IMG/VR virus record: IMGVR_UViG_3300033067_000643
Coordinates: 1 to 56,938 of that record
DNA length: 56,938 nucleotides
Strand: one strand, 5' to 3'
DNA from: a virus
Lineage: Duplodnaviria > Caudoviricetes
The position numbers were made by a program, and so were the translations under genes. Below are positions 1 through 9,271 of this stretch, piece by piece (within the stretch, counting starts at the first letter, position 1; every line of letters starts with the position of its first letter). A model generated the notes under the pieces. The model saw nothing but the letters and a program-made list of their open reading frames with translations, was not told the origin of the DNA and did no database searches.

Positions 1-134
1 GTCCTAGGGTTGCGAAAGCCATAAAAAATCGAGCTTCTAATCCAGCCTCGGCCACCTCACGCATCATGCCTTTTGACCGTCGCCTTAAGTCGTTATGTGA
101 ACTTGGGTGCATTGGGCAGCCTCGACCTAACTCC

Positions 135-452
135 TTATGTCACTCTGCGGTGTTCCGCTCGCGTCTTCTTACCGTGGCACTTGGCACACAGCGTTTGCAG
201 GTTGCTCGCGTCGTCACTGCCCCCTTGGTCACGCTCTACGATGTGGTCGATGGCATAGTCTTTTGGCCTTATCCCAACATCACAGCCGCAGTTGAGGCAC
301 CGATACTCATCTCTTGCGAGCACCAGTTGTTTGGCTGCTTCCCATCCCTTGCCTCCATAGCCACGCTGTGAGGCCGTGCCGCGTTGCTTGTCGTACTGCC
401 GGGTTCTTTCCTTGGTCTGCTTGGCTGTGAGAGACTGGGGCTTGATGGGCAC
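135..452 (-). CDS. HNH endonuclease (terminase-associated, HK97 gp74-like)
   Basis: RGYG..WE, CLNC, DHIV, NLQTLCAKCHGKKT motifs; adjacent to terS across the genome ends; GTG start at 452 overlaps the upstream stop. Confidence 0.9.
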   Translation of the reverse strand: MPIKPQSLTAKQTKERTRQYDKQRGTASQRGYGGKGWEAAKQLVLARDEYRCLNCGCDVGIRPKDYAIDHIVERDQGGSDDASNLQTLCAKCHGKKTRAEHRRVT

Positions 453-790
453 TACGTGCTCGCCTCCACAATCAAAGGACATTTCTCGCCAATCGTCTGA
501 CCAGCCGTGGTCGATGCCAACGCCTTCAAGACGTACCGGGTATTAGCCACACCACCCGTCACCACGAACTGAATCACTTGACCCGCTGAGCAGGTTGAGC
601 CATTCACCGTCAAGGCCCCCGTGCTGACCGAGATTGAGCTGACAACAATCAGGGTTGAGCCACCTATCACCGTGACCGTGGGCGTTCCGGTCAGCGTCTC
701 GCCGCTTTCCAGCTTGCCTTGCATGTCGAGGCGTGCGTTGAGCACTTCGTCGGTGCCCTTGTACTGAACCTGCAATGCCTTGATCGTCAT
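452..790 (-). CDS. Small virion adaptor-like protein (fibre-tail adaptor type)
   Basis: K..DE.L...D......GETLT...V pattern and VTGG...Y...T..G C-terminus; beta-rich. Confidence 0.6.
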   Translation of the reverse strand: MTIKALQVQYKGTDEVLNARLDMQGKLESGETLTGTPTVTVIGGSTLIVVSSISVSTGALTVNGSTCSAGQVIQFVVTGGVANTRYVLKALASTTAGQTIGEKCPLIVEAST

Positions 791-799
791 GGCGTCCCC

Positions 800-994
800 T
801 TACTCTTCGGAGGTCCAGTGTGCTCGCTGCTCGCGTGCGGTCCAGTGCGCTAGACGCTGTTCGGCGGTCCAGTGCAGCTTGCTTTCCTTGGTAGTCCAGG
901 CAGCCGTGGCATGTGTCAATCCCGTTTGCCCGCTACTGGCCTGGCTATACCAACCCAAGATGGCTCGGAGGTAATCGACGTTTCCGGCTGACAT
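800..994 (-). CDS. Hypothetical protein with 9-aa (H/A)WT repeats
   Basis: AWTTKESKL-HWTAEQRLA-HWTAREQRA-HWTSEE; tightly packed in the operon. Confidence 0.6.
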   Translation of the reverse strand: MSAGNVDYLRAILGWYSQASSGQTGLTHATAAWTTKESKLHWTAEQRLAHWTAREQRAHWTSEE

Positions 995-997
995 TTA

Positions 998-1267
998 CTA
1001 GGTCGCTCCAAACAAGCTGGTTGCCGTTGTGCCGGTCTGCCAAACGCGGCTGAAGTAGCCGTCGATCACATCGCCCACTTGCACGCTGGTAAACGTCACG
1101 TCTGAACTATCCACAGCGTTGCGGAGCTTGATGTCGCCCGCTGCGCCGTACACCTTCACTCGCCGAAACACTACGCTCTGGTCTGAGTCGGAAGTCGTGA
1201 TTGCCGACCACACGATGCCCGGACCAGATACGCTGAGCTTCGGGCTCAATCCGTCGAAGTAACCCAT
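998..1267 (-). CDS. Head-spike base protein, Rcc01079-like
   Basis: Matches the family pattern P...A.IT.SD...R.V.V.G.AG.I.L.......VTF..V..G.......RV..TGTTAT. Confidence 0.75.
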   Translation of the reverse strand: MGYFDGLSPKLSVSGPGIVWSAITTSDSDQSVVFRRVKVYGAAGDIKLRNAVDSSDVTFTSVQVGDVIDGYFSRVWQTGTTATSLFGAT

Positions 1268-1326
1268 TGCGAACCATCTTTCCCCCCGTGTTCGCTATGG
1301 TGTGATTTGCTGACCTGCTCCCCGTG

Positions 1327-4194
1327 TTAAATCCTGAACCCAAAACCAAATCCGAAGCCGCCTTGCTGGCGTGAACTACCGACCACTGGTGCCGTATTCA
1401 TCACTGCTGCCCATGAAGCCACTTGCGTAGGCGTCAGCGACGAGTTGAACACTAGAATGGGGCCGAACCGGAAGTCGCCGCCCTTCGTGCTCTCTGAACG
1501 TGCCCCAATACCTAAAGCCAGTGTCGAGGCAAACGTGCCGTCTGTGCCCGTGATGTTTCCAGACGAGTCGACCTTGGTGATAGTGGCCGGTGTTCCTGTG
1601 GTGTAGATGCTCTTATAGAAATGCACCTTGGAGCCGCGGCCGTTGCCAACCACTCCCAGGAAATACCAGCGGTTCAACGTGATGCCGCCGCTCATCGCTT
1701 CGTTGAAGTTAGCCGAGCCCACGCCAATCGTGGCTTGCACCGTGTTGGTTGTTGTGTTCACGAACATCGAGAAGCCGTTATTGGCTCCCGAGTTGTTGAT
1801 GTTGTCCATCAGGATCGCATAGTCGGAGAATGAATCCGTCACGCGATTGACGCACATCAGCACCGAAAAGACGCCGGTGTTCTGAATGAAGTCGAGGTCG
1901 GTGCTGGCCGCACTCCGCTTGAACAGGTCAACCGCCGCATTCGTAGTGTTGCCCTTGCTCAATCGCACATGCCTACCGAATTCCGTATCCGTGTCCCAGA
2001 AGCTTCCTCGGTTCTGGCTGTTGGTTACGAACAGCCGGTTTAAGCTGCTGCGGTCTTCGTAGGAACTGATGCACGTTCCGTCGATGGGTGGACCCATTGG
2101 GTACGAATTGCCGCCGTACCTGTCCGCGATGCCGTAAGCTCCGACGCCACCCAAGCCAGGGGCGAACAGAGCCATTTTGAGATTGCTAGTCGATGGGATC
2201 GTTGTTGATGCTGTAGGAACGTAACCAATCAGCGTTGACAGGCTCGGCTTGGTCGCTGCAACGGCCAGCATGTTGCCCGTGGTGACGGCCTTATGCGTCA
2301 CCCGCATCATGCGAATACTGGTTCCGGCCGGCGCTGGTGACGTTCCACCCGTCAGCGAACCAACGCGAGCCACCGCACTGCCGGTGACGCCAGCCGTGGC
2401 CGACATGCCGTCAGAGGTGCTTGAGTTGAGCACGCCGTCCACATAGACCCGCAGAGTCACGCCACGATTGAGTACCACCGCAATGTTATGGTAGACCGAC
2501 GAACCCGAGACAGCCGCGCCACTGCTGGCAGTTGCCGTTGTCGTGCCGTCATTCATCGCGGCCGAAACTACGCCAGCATTAATTTGCACCGTACATCCGC
2601 GGCCCGAGTTGGCGCGATTGTCAAACAGGGTCCAGGTCGTTGCAGTCGTGTCAAACTTGACAATCCATTCGTATGTGATTGACTTAAGTCCCGCGTCCCA
2701 CATGCCGCCGTTGTTGCCCGTCTGGGCCGATTGCATTTGCAGGCCAGCGCCAGAACCCGCGAACGTGACGCCTCCCGTCGAGACGCTGCTTGAATCCCAG
2801 CTAACTCCAGCGCCACCCTTGCCCGGTGGGCCGTAGCCTTCCCAACAACCGATTTCCGTGCCGCCCGTGTAGGTCGCAGCCCCGATCACGCCATCGTTCA
2901 GATAGTAGGTTGCAACGCCGGGGTAGGTGCTCTCATCGGTGAACCAGTCCTTCGACCAGCGTGTGACTCGCACGAACTGGGCGCTATTCAGACCATCGGT
3001 GACCGTGGCGTTTTCGTAGTCGTCAACGGCTTCATAGATGCTCAGGAAATTGCCGGTCGACGTTTCTAGAATGCCCGAATAGCCGGCAAAGCCATAGAAC
3101 AATCGCCGGTTTGTGGCAAAGGATGTTCCGTTGTTCGTGCTGCGGTGAATTACGAGACTTGACCGCGTGCCGCTGTTCGATGGAAACACCGCCCAGATAT
3201 CGCCAGTCGCGTCAACGTGCAATGAGCCTTGGCAACCGCTGGTGGGTATGTCATTGGTGCCGTCGCTCATCTTGGTACACGTCGGCCAAGTGCCGGTGAG
3301 TTGGGCCGTGGTGATGATGGCTTGGCCGCGCACCGTGTCGCCGAATGTGCCGGTCCCGATCATCCGCGTCGACAGGAAGTAATCGCCCGTCGCTAGCCTG
3401 GCTATCTGGCACTCATTGGTGCCTTCATTGGCCGCAACGCTTTCCTTGAATCCACCGCCCAGCGAATGCGTGGCCCCGTGGTCGTTCGAGATGACGCAGT
3501 GGTCGAAGCTATCAATACCGTTCCCCGCGTCCGTGCTTTGGTCGAGCGAATAACGATGGTTGCAGGGGATGACGAGCTGGCCGGTTGACGGATTCGTGTA
3601 GAACTTGCCGGGGCCGAACGCATACCAACCCCAAGCCGCATTTGCCAAATCAAAGGTCGTAGCGTCGATGCCTGCCGGGTGCGTGTTGTCAACCTTCTTA
3701 ATGCTAGTGGTGATATCGGTGACGGTGCTTTGGTCCGATGCTGACCACGTTGCGCCGTTGTCATCGGAGTAGATTTGCTTGCAGGTGGTGACCCGCGCCG
3801 TGGCTGAACCATCTGAGTGCGTGAAGTAGATAATCACCCGGCCATTGGCGTTGACGCCGCACACGCCTAAGTTCATCCACTTGCTGCTAGCGCCGCCGTC
3901 GTAGAAGTAATCCGTGCGGTTATAGATCAACGTCGACTGGCCGAAGCTTGCGCCGCCGTTGGTCGATCGCTTCATCCAGATGCCGCGGCAGTTATAGTCC
4001 TCACGCAGCGGCCGCCACTCCGTGAACACCAATATGTCGCCGTTGGATGCGACGATCGGCCCGATGCAAATCCGGTTGACTGCCGAGACGTTGATACCGC
4101 CAGAAAACAGCGAGTTATCCGGGTCCACGTCACCGCGAGTAAACAGCGGGGCCATCTTCTGCGTGCCGAATCCTGGTGCGATGTCTGGCATCAA
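1327..4194 (-). CDS. Sialidase-fold (BNR/Asp-box, GH33-like) protein with two LamG/ConA-like domains; probable virion appendage
   Basis: Asp boxes RSTNGGASF, YSDDNGATW, ISNDHGATH, RSTNNGTSF; NECQ, LSTR, AGYS motifs; LamG-like YHNIAVV..LRVYVDG and WYFLGVV; ends in GFGFGFGFRI. Confidence 0.8.
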   Translation of the reverse strand: MMPDIAPGFGTQKMAPLFTRGDVDPDNSLFSGGINVSAVNRICIGPIVASNGDILVFTEWRPLREDYNCRGIWMKRSTNGGASFGQSTLIYNRTDYFYDGGASSKWMNLGVCGVNANGRVIIYFTHSDGSATARVTTCKQIYSDDNGATWSASDQSTVTDITTSIKKVDNTHPAGIDATTFDLANAAWGWYAFGPGKFYTNPSTGQLVIPCNHRYSLDQSTDAGNGIDSFDHCVISNDHGATHSLGGGFKESVAANEGTNECQIARLATGDYFLSTRMIGTGTFGDTVRGQAIITTAQLTGTWPTCTKMSDGTNDIPTSGCQGSLHVDATGDIWAVFPSNSGTRSSLVIHRSTNNGTSFATNRRLFYGFAGYSGILETSTGNFLSIYEAVDDYENATVTDGLNSAQFVRVTRWSKDWFTDESTYPGVATYYLNDGVIGAATYTGGTEIGCWEGYGPPGKGGAGVSWDSSSVSTGGVTFAGSGAGLQMQSAQTGNNGGMWDAGLKSITYEWIVKFDTTATTWTLFDNRANSGRGCTVQINAGVVSAAMNDGTTTATASSGAAVSGSSVYHNIAVVLNRGVTLRVYVDGVLNSSTSDGMSATAGVTGSAVARVGSLTGGTSPAPAGTSIRMMRVTHKAVTTGNMLAVAATKPSLSTLIGYVPTASTTIPSTSNLKMALFAPGLGGVGAYGIADRYGGNSYPMGPPIDGTCISSYEDRSSLNRLFVTNSQNRGSFWDTDTEFGRHVRLSKGNTTNAAVDLFKRSAASTDLDFIQNTGVFSVLMCVNRVTDSFSDYAILMDNINNSGANNGFSMFVNTTTNTVQATIGVGSANFNEAMSGGITLNRWYFLGVVGNGRGSKVHFYKSIYTTGTPATITKVDSSGNITGTDGTFASTLALGIGARSESTKGGDFRFGPILVFNSSLTPTQVASWAAVMNTAPVVGSSRQQGGFGFGFGFRI

Positions 4195-5657
4195 CTAATT
4201 CCTGTAATTGGTGGTGCCGCGGCGTCGGTCGCAATCGTTCGCTGGCCTAGTTCCGTCGTGCCATCGGTTTTGAAAATCGTCAGCTTGTTGGCGTGGGCCG
4301 TGGTGTTGCTCTCTTGGGCCTGCTGAACTAGCCCATAGAGCGAGCCCATGCTGATGGTGTTGCCGTAGCTCGATAGCTCAACGTTCGCCATCGTGCGCCT
4401 GAGCGTGGTGTCGGCAATCTGGTCGATATGCGCATCGCTGAAAGCCACGCCGGTCGAGATAACTGCCGTGTAGATTGCATCAACGTCGTTCGCCACGGCT
4501 GTCAGGTCGGTGCCCTGCGCCGTGTCATTCGTGAACTTGCCAGCCAGGTTAATTGGGGCCGTCTGTTCGGCAGTGATGAAATAGGTGCCAGTTGTCGGCG
4601 TCGTGACCCATGCCCGATTAACCGTGGCAACTTTGGTCGTGCCGTTGTAGGCCGTGATGGTTCTGAATTCACTGCCCCACTGCACGCCGCAATTGATATA
4701 GGACGAGTCGCTTGACGATGCTCCAGCCGCGTTCAGTGCGATCGTGGTCGAGGTGCTGATGCCGCCCTGAACTGTGTTGGTTTCGATGTAGTTGACGGCT
4801 GCGGTATTGGCAGCATATCCAGCGGTTGGTCCGAAGTACGTGCTCGCATAGGTTGCCAGGCGTGCGTAGGAATCGCCTGTCTGTGCTGTGTGGCCAGTGA
4901 GCGAGCCCACCGAGCCCGTCAGATTTCCAGTGAAGGTGGTGGTGAATGAAGTCGTGACCGTGGTTGCCGCGTTCGTTCCAGCAATGAAGATGCCGCCCGA
5001 TGCACCCGGAACCGCACCGTTGATGCGTAGGTCGTTGCTGGCGTTCGTTCCAGTAACCGCACCCGTGAACGTCGTCGTTCCCGAATGCAGTGTGTTGCCG
5101 GTAATCGTCAGAGCGCCTAGCGTAGTCGTGCCGCTGTTCGACCCTGAAATCAGCACACCGCCAGAACCACCAGCCGCCACGCCATTGACCCGCAAGTCGT
5201 TGCTCGCATTCGTAGCGCTGATGGCACCCGTGAGCGTGGTTGCTCCGGTTACCGTCAATGCTCCTAGCGTGGTCGTGCCAGAATTAGAACCAGAGATTAG
5301 CAAGCCACCCGAAGCCGCAGCGGACGCATTCGGCAAGGCCGTCAAGCCAAGTCGCACCGAGTCTTGAGGGTCGAACGCTACCACCTCAAACAAGATGTCA
5401 ACCGGGTCAGCCGCCGTTCCCGTGGCATGCAAAATCAACGGGCCAAGAGTGCCCGAGTCCGTGGCATTGCCGGCCACCTTGTACCAACCGTTCGCAATCT
5501 CCGTGACGGCACCCGACGGCGAAGCAAAAGAGCCGCCCGCTTTCGAGAGCGTGACCGTTGGCGATAGACCCGTCTTGGCCGTTACGTGGTCGGTGGAATC
5601 GACCATCAGGAACACAAGCGGGTAGGCGGTTGTGGATTGCTTGATCTGGTAACCCAT
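4191..5657 (-). CDS. Thr/Gly-rich virion structural or fibre protein with internal repeats
   Basis: Repeated GG(L/V)LISGSNSGTTTLGALT(V/I)TG..T.TGA....NASNDLR(V/I)NG blocks; coupled to the sialidase gene. Confidence 0.65.
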   Translation of the reverse strand: MGYQIKQSTTAYPLVFLMVDSTDHVTAKTGLSPTVTLSKAGGSFASPSGAVTEIANGWYKVAGNATDSGTLGPLILHATGTAADPVDILFEVVAFDPQDSVRLGLTALPNASAAASGGLLISGSNSGTTTLGALTVTGATTLTGAISATNASNDLRVNGVAAGGSGGVLISGSNSGTTTLGALTITGNTLHSGTTTFTGAVTGTNASNDLRINGAVPGASGGIFIAGTNAATTVTTSFTTTFTGNLTGSVGSLTGHTAQTGDSYARLATYASTYFGPTAGYAANTAAVNYIETNTVQGGISTSTTIALNAAGASSSDSSYINCGVQWGSEFRTITAYNGTTKVATVNRAWVTTPTTGTYFITAEQTAPINLAGKFTNDTAQGTDLTAVANDVDAIYTAVISTGVAFSDAHIDQIADTTLRRTMANVELSSYGNTISMGSLYGLVQQAQESNTTAHANKLTIFKTDGTTELGQRTIATDAAAPPITGIS

Positions 5658-6722
5658 TTAGACGGTCCTCCCGCGTGAATAGCCGCTTCCGCCCGATGCG
5701 CTCATTGAATTCAGCAACAGACCCAGCCCGACTACATCCGTTGTCGAATCTGTCCAACTAATGGTCCCGGCCGTCACGTCAGTCGTGATACTCAACCCAA
5801 AGCCACTGGGTCGCACGCCCGCTGCTCGATATGACGCCGTGTTCCATTGCCAAGAGTTGCCGACATTTGCCGATGAAGCGGAGTCGACAACGAGCCGATA
5901 CGTGCCTGCCGTGAGTGAAATAATCGCCGGCAGAAACGCCCGCACACCTCGCCCACCCTCTGGGATGATCGAGTCCTTGTCGAGCGATACAGTGCTTCCG
6001 CTCACCGTTGCATCAGCCGACGTAAAGATCCTGAACCGCAAATCGCCCGCGGGAGTTCCGTTTGTCGAAAAGATCGTTGAGTATCCTGCCACCCCCAGCG
6101 TGATGCCGGTTGGGACTACGAATTTCTGGGCCACCGCGTTGGTGGTGTAGACCTTTTGAAATGAATTTGCCCCGATTGGCAGAAACCCAAGCGTCTCCTA
6201 TGCGTCGTCCTCGAATACAATCGTCGCAATCGGTATGGCGTTTGCTGTCTCGGTGAACGTCGATCCGTCAGTGGTCTGAAGCGTGATCGCAGGATTCGAG
6301 TAAGACCCGGTTACATAGGCTCGCAATGAGTGCGTTGTGCCTGTCGATGCCGTCACAACTACAATCGCATATTCCGCTCCAGCGGTTAGTCCCGTGGTTG
6401 GAAGCGATGCGAACTGAACATTCTGCCAGCCGGCTACCGGAGTAAATGTCTTGGTGGCGTTCGCGTCGTAGAGCGAGCCGCTCGGCTTGCCGGTGGCGGC
6501 GTTGATCGTCTGAATGCTAACCGTCACCGTGCCGGCGCTGGCAATTGAAGCCCATTGGATGTACACGCTTTTAACGTCGCGCGTGTCTGGAGCCATGAAC
6601 CGAAACGCAACACCGTTATTGATCGTCTGCATCGCAACATTTGTTGGACCGCTAACGTGGACCGAACGCGCATAGTCGTCGAATCCGTATTGCGTCCCAA
6701 AGAGTTGACCGACAGCAGGCAT
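5658..6722 (-). pseudogene. Beta-rich virion protein gene interrupted by one in-frame TAG (readthrough or pseudogene)
   Basis: ORFs 6198..6722 and 5658..6134 are in the same frame, and the 63 nt between them are open (FEDDA*ETLGFLPIGANSFQKVYTTNAVAQKF). Confidence 0.75.
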
Positions 6723-6723
6723 A

Positions 6724-6897
6724 TTAGGCTACACTTAGTTTCGGTTGATGTTTCGCAAACCACAAAACGCACTTCTCGCAAATCGGCCGTTCGTTTCTCT
6801 TGGCTGGTGCCGGGCTGATTCGCTTGCCGTTTCTCCAGACGGTTTCGATTACGTCTCCGCAGGTTGAGCAGTCGCACGCTCGTAATTCACTTGCCAT
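6724..6897 (-). CDS. Small CxxC..CxxC protein (57 aa, below the ORF-track cutoff)
   Basis: Hand translation MASELRACDCSTCGDVIETVWRNGKRISPAPAKRNERPICEKCVLWFAKHQPKLSVA; fills the gap exactly. Confidence 0.6.
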   Translation of the reverse strand: MASELRACDCSTCGDVIETVWRNGKRISPAPAKRNERPICEKCVLWFAKHQPKLSVA

Positions 6898-7239
6898 TTA
6901 CTGGGCTCGCTTGTCCAAGATGGCGCGGTGAATGTCTTCTGTGCGCTTGTCGATTGTGCCGAGAATCGTGTGCGTCTTTTCGTGCCCGCCTTGGCCGATT
7001 TGCACCAAGGCTTTCAGCTCCTCTTGATGATTGCTAACCCCGTCGATGAACTCCGATTGCTTGCCGAGCATTTCCTTGGCGGCTTCGACTAGGCTGTTGA
7101 TGTGCGGCGTGACAAACTTCCACACTGACCGCGTACCCCAAATGCCAAGCAGAACGAACACCACAAGAATCACTGCCGGCCAACCGTACTTGTCCCCAAA
7201 GGTCAGCCATTGCTCGGGGTTCATGGTTGATTCGTTCAT
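6898..7239 (-). CDS. Holin-like membrane protein
   Basis: Single N-terminal TM (YGWPAVILVVFVLLGIWG) followed by a charged helical tail; late-operon position. Confidence 0.55.
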   Translation of the reverse strand: MNESTMNPEQWLTFGDKYGWPAVILVVFVLLGIWGTRSVWKFVTPHINSLVEAAKEMLGKQSEFIDGVSNHQEELKALVQIGQGGHEKTHTILGTIDKRTEDIHRAILDKRAQ

Positions 7240-7270
7240 CGCATGGGCCTCTCTGCTCTCTGTCTTGAAT

Positions 7271-7313
7271 CCCCGGCCGGCTTGCTGCTTGCTTTTGCAG
7301 AGCCGGCTCGGGG
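7271..7313. other. GC-rich intergenic stem-loop
   Basis: CCCCGGCCGGCT...AGCCGGCTCGGGG inverted repeat. Confidence 0.55.
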
Positions 7314-7323
7314 CTGTGAGGTG

Positions 7324-7518
7324 TTACTTTTGTTTCTCTCGTTCAGCGATCATCCAATCGGCGTGTTCGTATGCGTCCTTGACTGCGGCTTCACCCCATG
7401 CGCGGGTTAGGATTCCAGCCAACGCTTGACCAGCGAACCAGTCGCGCAGCGACATGCCACCTCCGTAGTAGTTGTCGGTCGGGAACGCATTGCCACCACT
7501 TGCCTTGATAACTTGCAT
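7324..7518 (-). CDS. Conserved small phage protein
   Basis: AFP....GMSLRDWFAGQAL....AY..AD.MIAER pattern, common in phages. Confidence 0.75.
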   Translation of the reverse strand: MQVIKASGGNAFPTDNYYGGGMSLRDWFAGQALAGILTRAWGEAAVKDAYEHADWMIAEREKQK

Positions 7519-7520
7519 CG

Positions 7521-8054
7521 CTATTTGATTTCCATCCGTGTCGAGTGCTGCAAATGCTGTTTGAAGTTCTCCGCGAATCGGTCCACCACTTTCGGGTCGT
7601 CTTCCAGAACCAACGCTTCCGCGTTCCGTTCTTCCGCGCCGCTCGAATCGTTGAAGCTGCCGAACATCACCCGCTTGCCGTCGAAGATGCGCGTTTTGTT
7701 GTGGGCGATGGCGTGTTGAGCATCGAGGAACACCGATAGCCCCGCCTTGGCACAGTCATCGGCTTGGCTCACCTCTTGCTTGGTTGACTTGGCGTCTAGT
7801 AAGAGCGTGACCTTGACGCCGCGTTGGTGGGCTCGCTGCAAGGCTTCTGAGATTGGCCGCGAGGTAAAGGAGTACATCTGGTAATCAATGCTCTTGCGGG
7901 CCTTGTCGCATTGCTCAACGATGGCAGCCGTGCAGCCTCCGTGCGGGCTGAACCACTGGCCGATAATCTCGGCATGCGTCGGCACCACGTTGGTACAGAC
8001 CATGCCGGCAATCAGGCAGGCGGTCGCGGCTAGTAGTTCAAGCGGCTTGCTCAA
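7521..8054 (-). CDS. Exported phospholipase D-family (Nuc-like) nuclease/phospholipase
   Basis: Single HKD motif HNKTRIFDG...GSFN, RNAE; N-terminal hydrophobic signal; TTG start after GGAGG inferred. Confidence 0.88.
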   Translation of the reverse strand: MSKPLELLAATACLIAGMVCTNVVPTHAEIIGQWFSPHGGCTAAIVEQCDKARKSIDYQMYSFTSRPISEALQRAHQRGVKVTLLLDAKSTKQEVSQADDCAKAGLSVFLDAQHAIAHNKTRIFDGKRVMFGSFNDSSGAEERNAEALVLEDDPKVVDRFAENFKQHLQHSTRMEIK

Positions 8055-8338
8055 ATCAAGACCTCCATGCTTCCGACAATCCACTGCCCCACTCCCTGCA
8101 CGTACAGCCAAAACGTTCCGTCATCGGCAGCAATTGGATCGCGGTACTTGTCGCCTGTTTTGCTCTTTACGGAATCGAAAGCGAGTTCCTTCGATGTGCG
8201 AATAGCGACGACTTTCCTGTCTGCGTCATAATCATCTATCTCAAATGTGACGTACCAAACAATCAACGTCTCGCACTCCATTTCAAAACCCGGCTGGGCC
8301 GGCAAATCCCTCACTGACCCAGCCGGGCGGTACTCCAT
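8051..8338 (-). CDS. Hypothetical protein
   Basis: ORF fills the gap and overlaps the PLD start; start may be 8281. Confidence 0.5.
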   Translation of the reverse strand: MEYRPAGSVRDLPAQPGFEMECETLIVWYVTFEIDDYDADRKVVAIRTSKELAFDSVKSKTGDKYRDPIAADDGTFWLYVQGVGQWIVGSMEVLI

Positions 8339-8347
8339 GCTTCGCTA

Positions 8348-9271
8348 CTACCGGGAACCGGGTGGCTTGATGATGCTTGTGCCACCGGCCGGAAACGCTG
8401 ATTCCTGCGCGCCACCATCGCCGTAGAATCCATCCGCGATGGGCCAGCGAGCCGCCCACACGTTGGCGACGTTGGCCGCAATGCCGCTGATTGGCGTGAG
8501 GTCGTTTGTGCTGGGCCACCACTGTTCGGGCATCCGCTCCTCCACCATTTCGCTGGAGGTGAACAGCGACTCTGGGTTGTAGGTGCCTTCTGCGAACTTC
8601 GTGTTCGGAATTACCAACCCTTCTCCGGCCCCGGCCTTGACGACCTCCTCTTTCGTGTAGCCCAGATACTTCATTGCCATGTCGCCTTGAATGCGGAACA
8701 AGGCCTTCTGTACTAGGCTGGCAATGAAGGTCGTGAAGTTGTCGTCGTAGTCGTTGTCCGAATGCTGCTGCACTTCGCCAAGCAGCTTGAGCATCTGGCC
8801 GCACCACGTCAGGGCATCTTGCTGGCGAATGCGATTGCCGAAGTACGGCACCGGGTAATAAACAAACGCCTTGGGCGTGTTCATTACGTGCTCAGCGTCA
8901 CCGGTTCGATCTTCACCCCAATTGATAGCGCCGTCCTTCATCCGCTTGATGCCGAGTTGCAGCATCTTGTTGAGGTCGAACAGCCATTCGCCGTTGAATG
9001 GGCGCGAGAACTTCACGTCCGGCCGGTGCATTAGGTTGAATAGCTCAAAGCCAAGGAACTGGTGAATTCGCCAGATGGATTCGTTCGAGGTGGTGGGCTT
9101 GCCGCCGTCATTCGGGATGGCATAGCCAGCATCGCCCCACACGCCGTTTCGCCACCAGAGAATCTCCGAGCTGGCGAACTTCGGGCCGGTTGTTTCGTCA
9201 AACGCGGCCGGCTGAAACATCGGTACTTTTGGATCGAGCTTGACGGTAGCTTGGTCGGTCGGGTCAGGCAT
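8348..9271 (-). CDS. Hypothetical protein (307 aa) coupled to the thioredoxin-trypsin gene
   Basis: Long globular-looking ORF; its start overlaps the upstream stop. Confidence 0.8.
   Translation of the reverse strand: MPDPTDQATVKLDPKVPMFQPAAFDETTGPKFASSEILWWRNGVWGDAGYAIPNDGGKPTTSNESIWRIHQFLGFELFNLMHRPDVKFSRPFNGEWLFDLNKMLQLGIKRMKDGAINWGEDRTGDAEHVMNTPKAFVYYPVPYFGNRIRQQDALTWCGQMLKLLGEVQQHSDNDYDDNFTTFIASLVQKALFRIQGDMAMKYLGYTKEEVVKAGAGEGLVIPNTKFAEGTYNPESLFTSSEMVEERMPEQWWPSTNDLTPISGIAANVANVWAARWPIADGFYGDGGAQESAFPAGGTSIIKPPGSR

Noticed and set aside
828-905. Mini CRISPR-like GTCCAG repeats
   Set aside because: Explained by the 9-aa HWT peptide repeat; the units are too short
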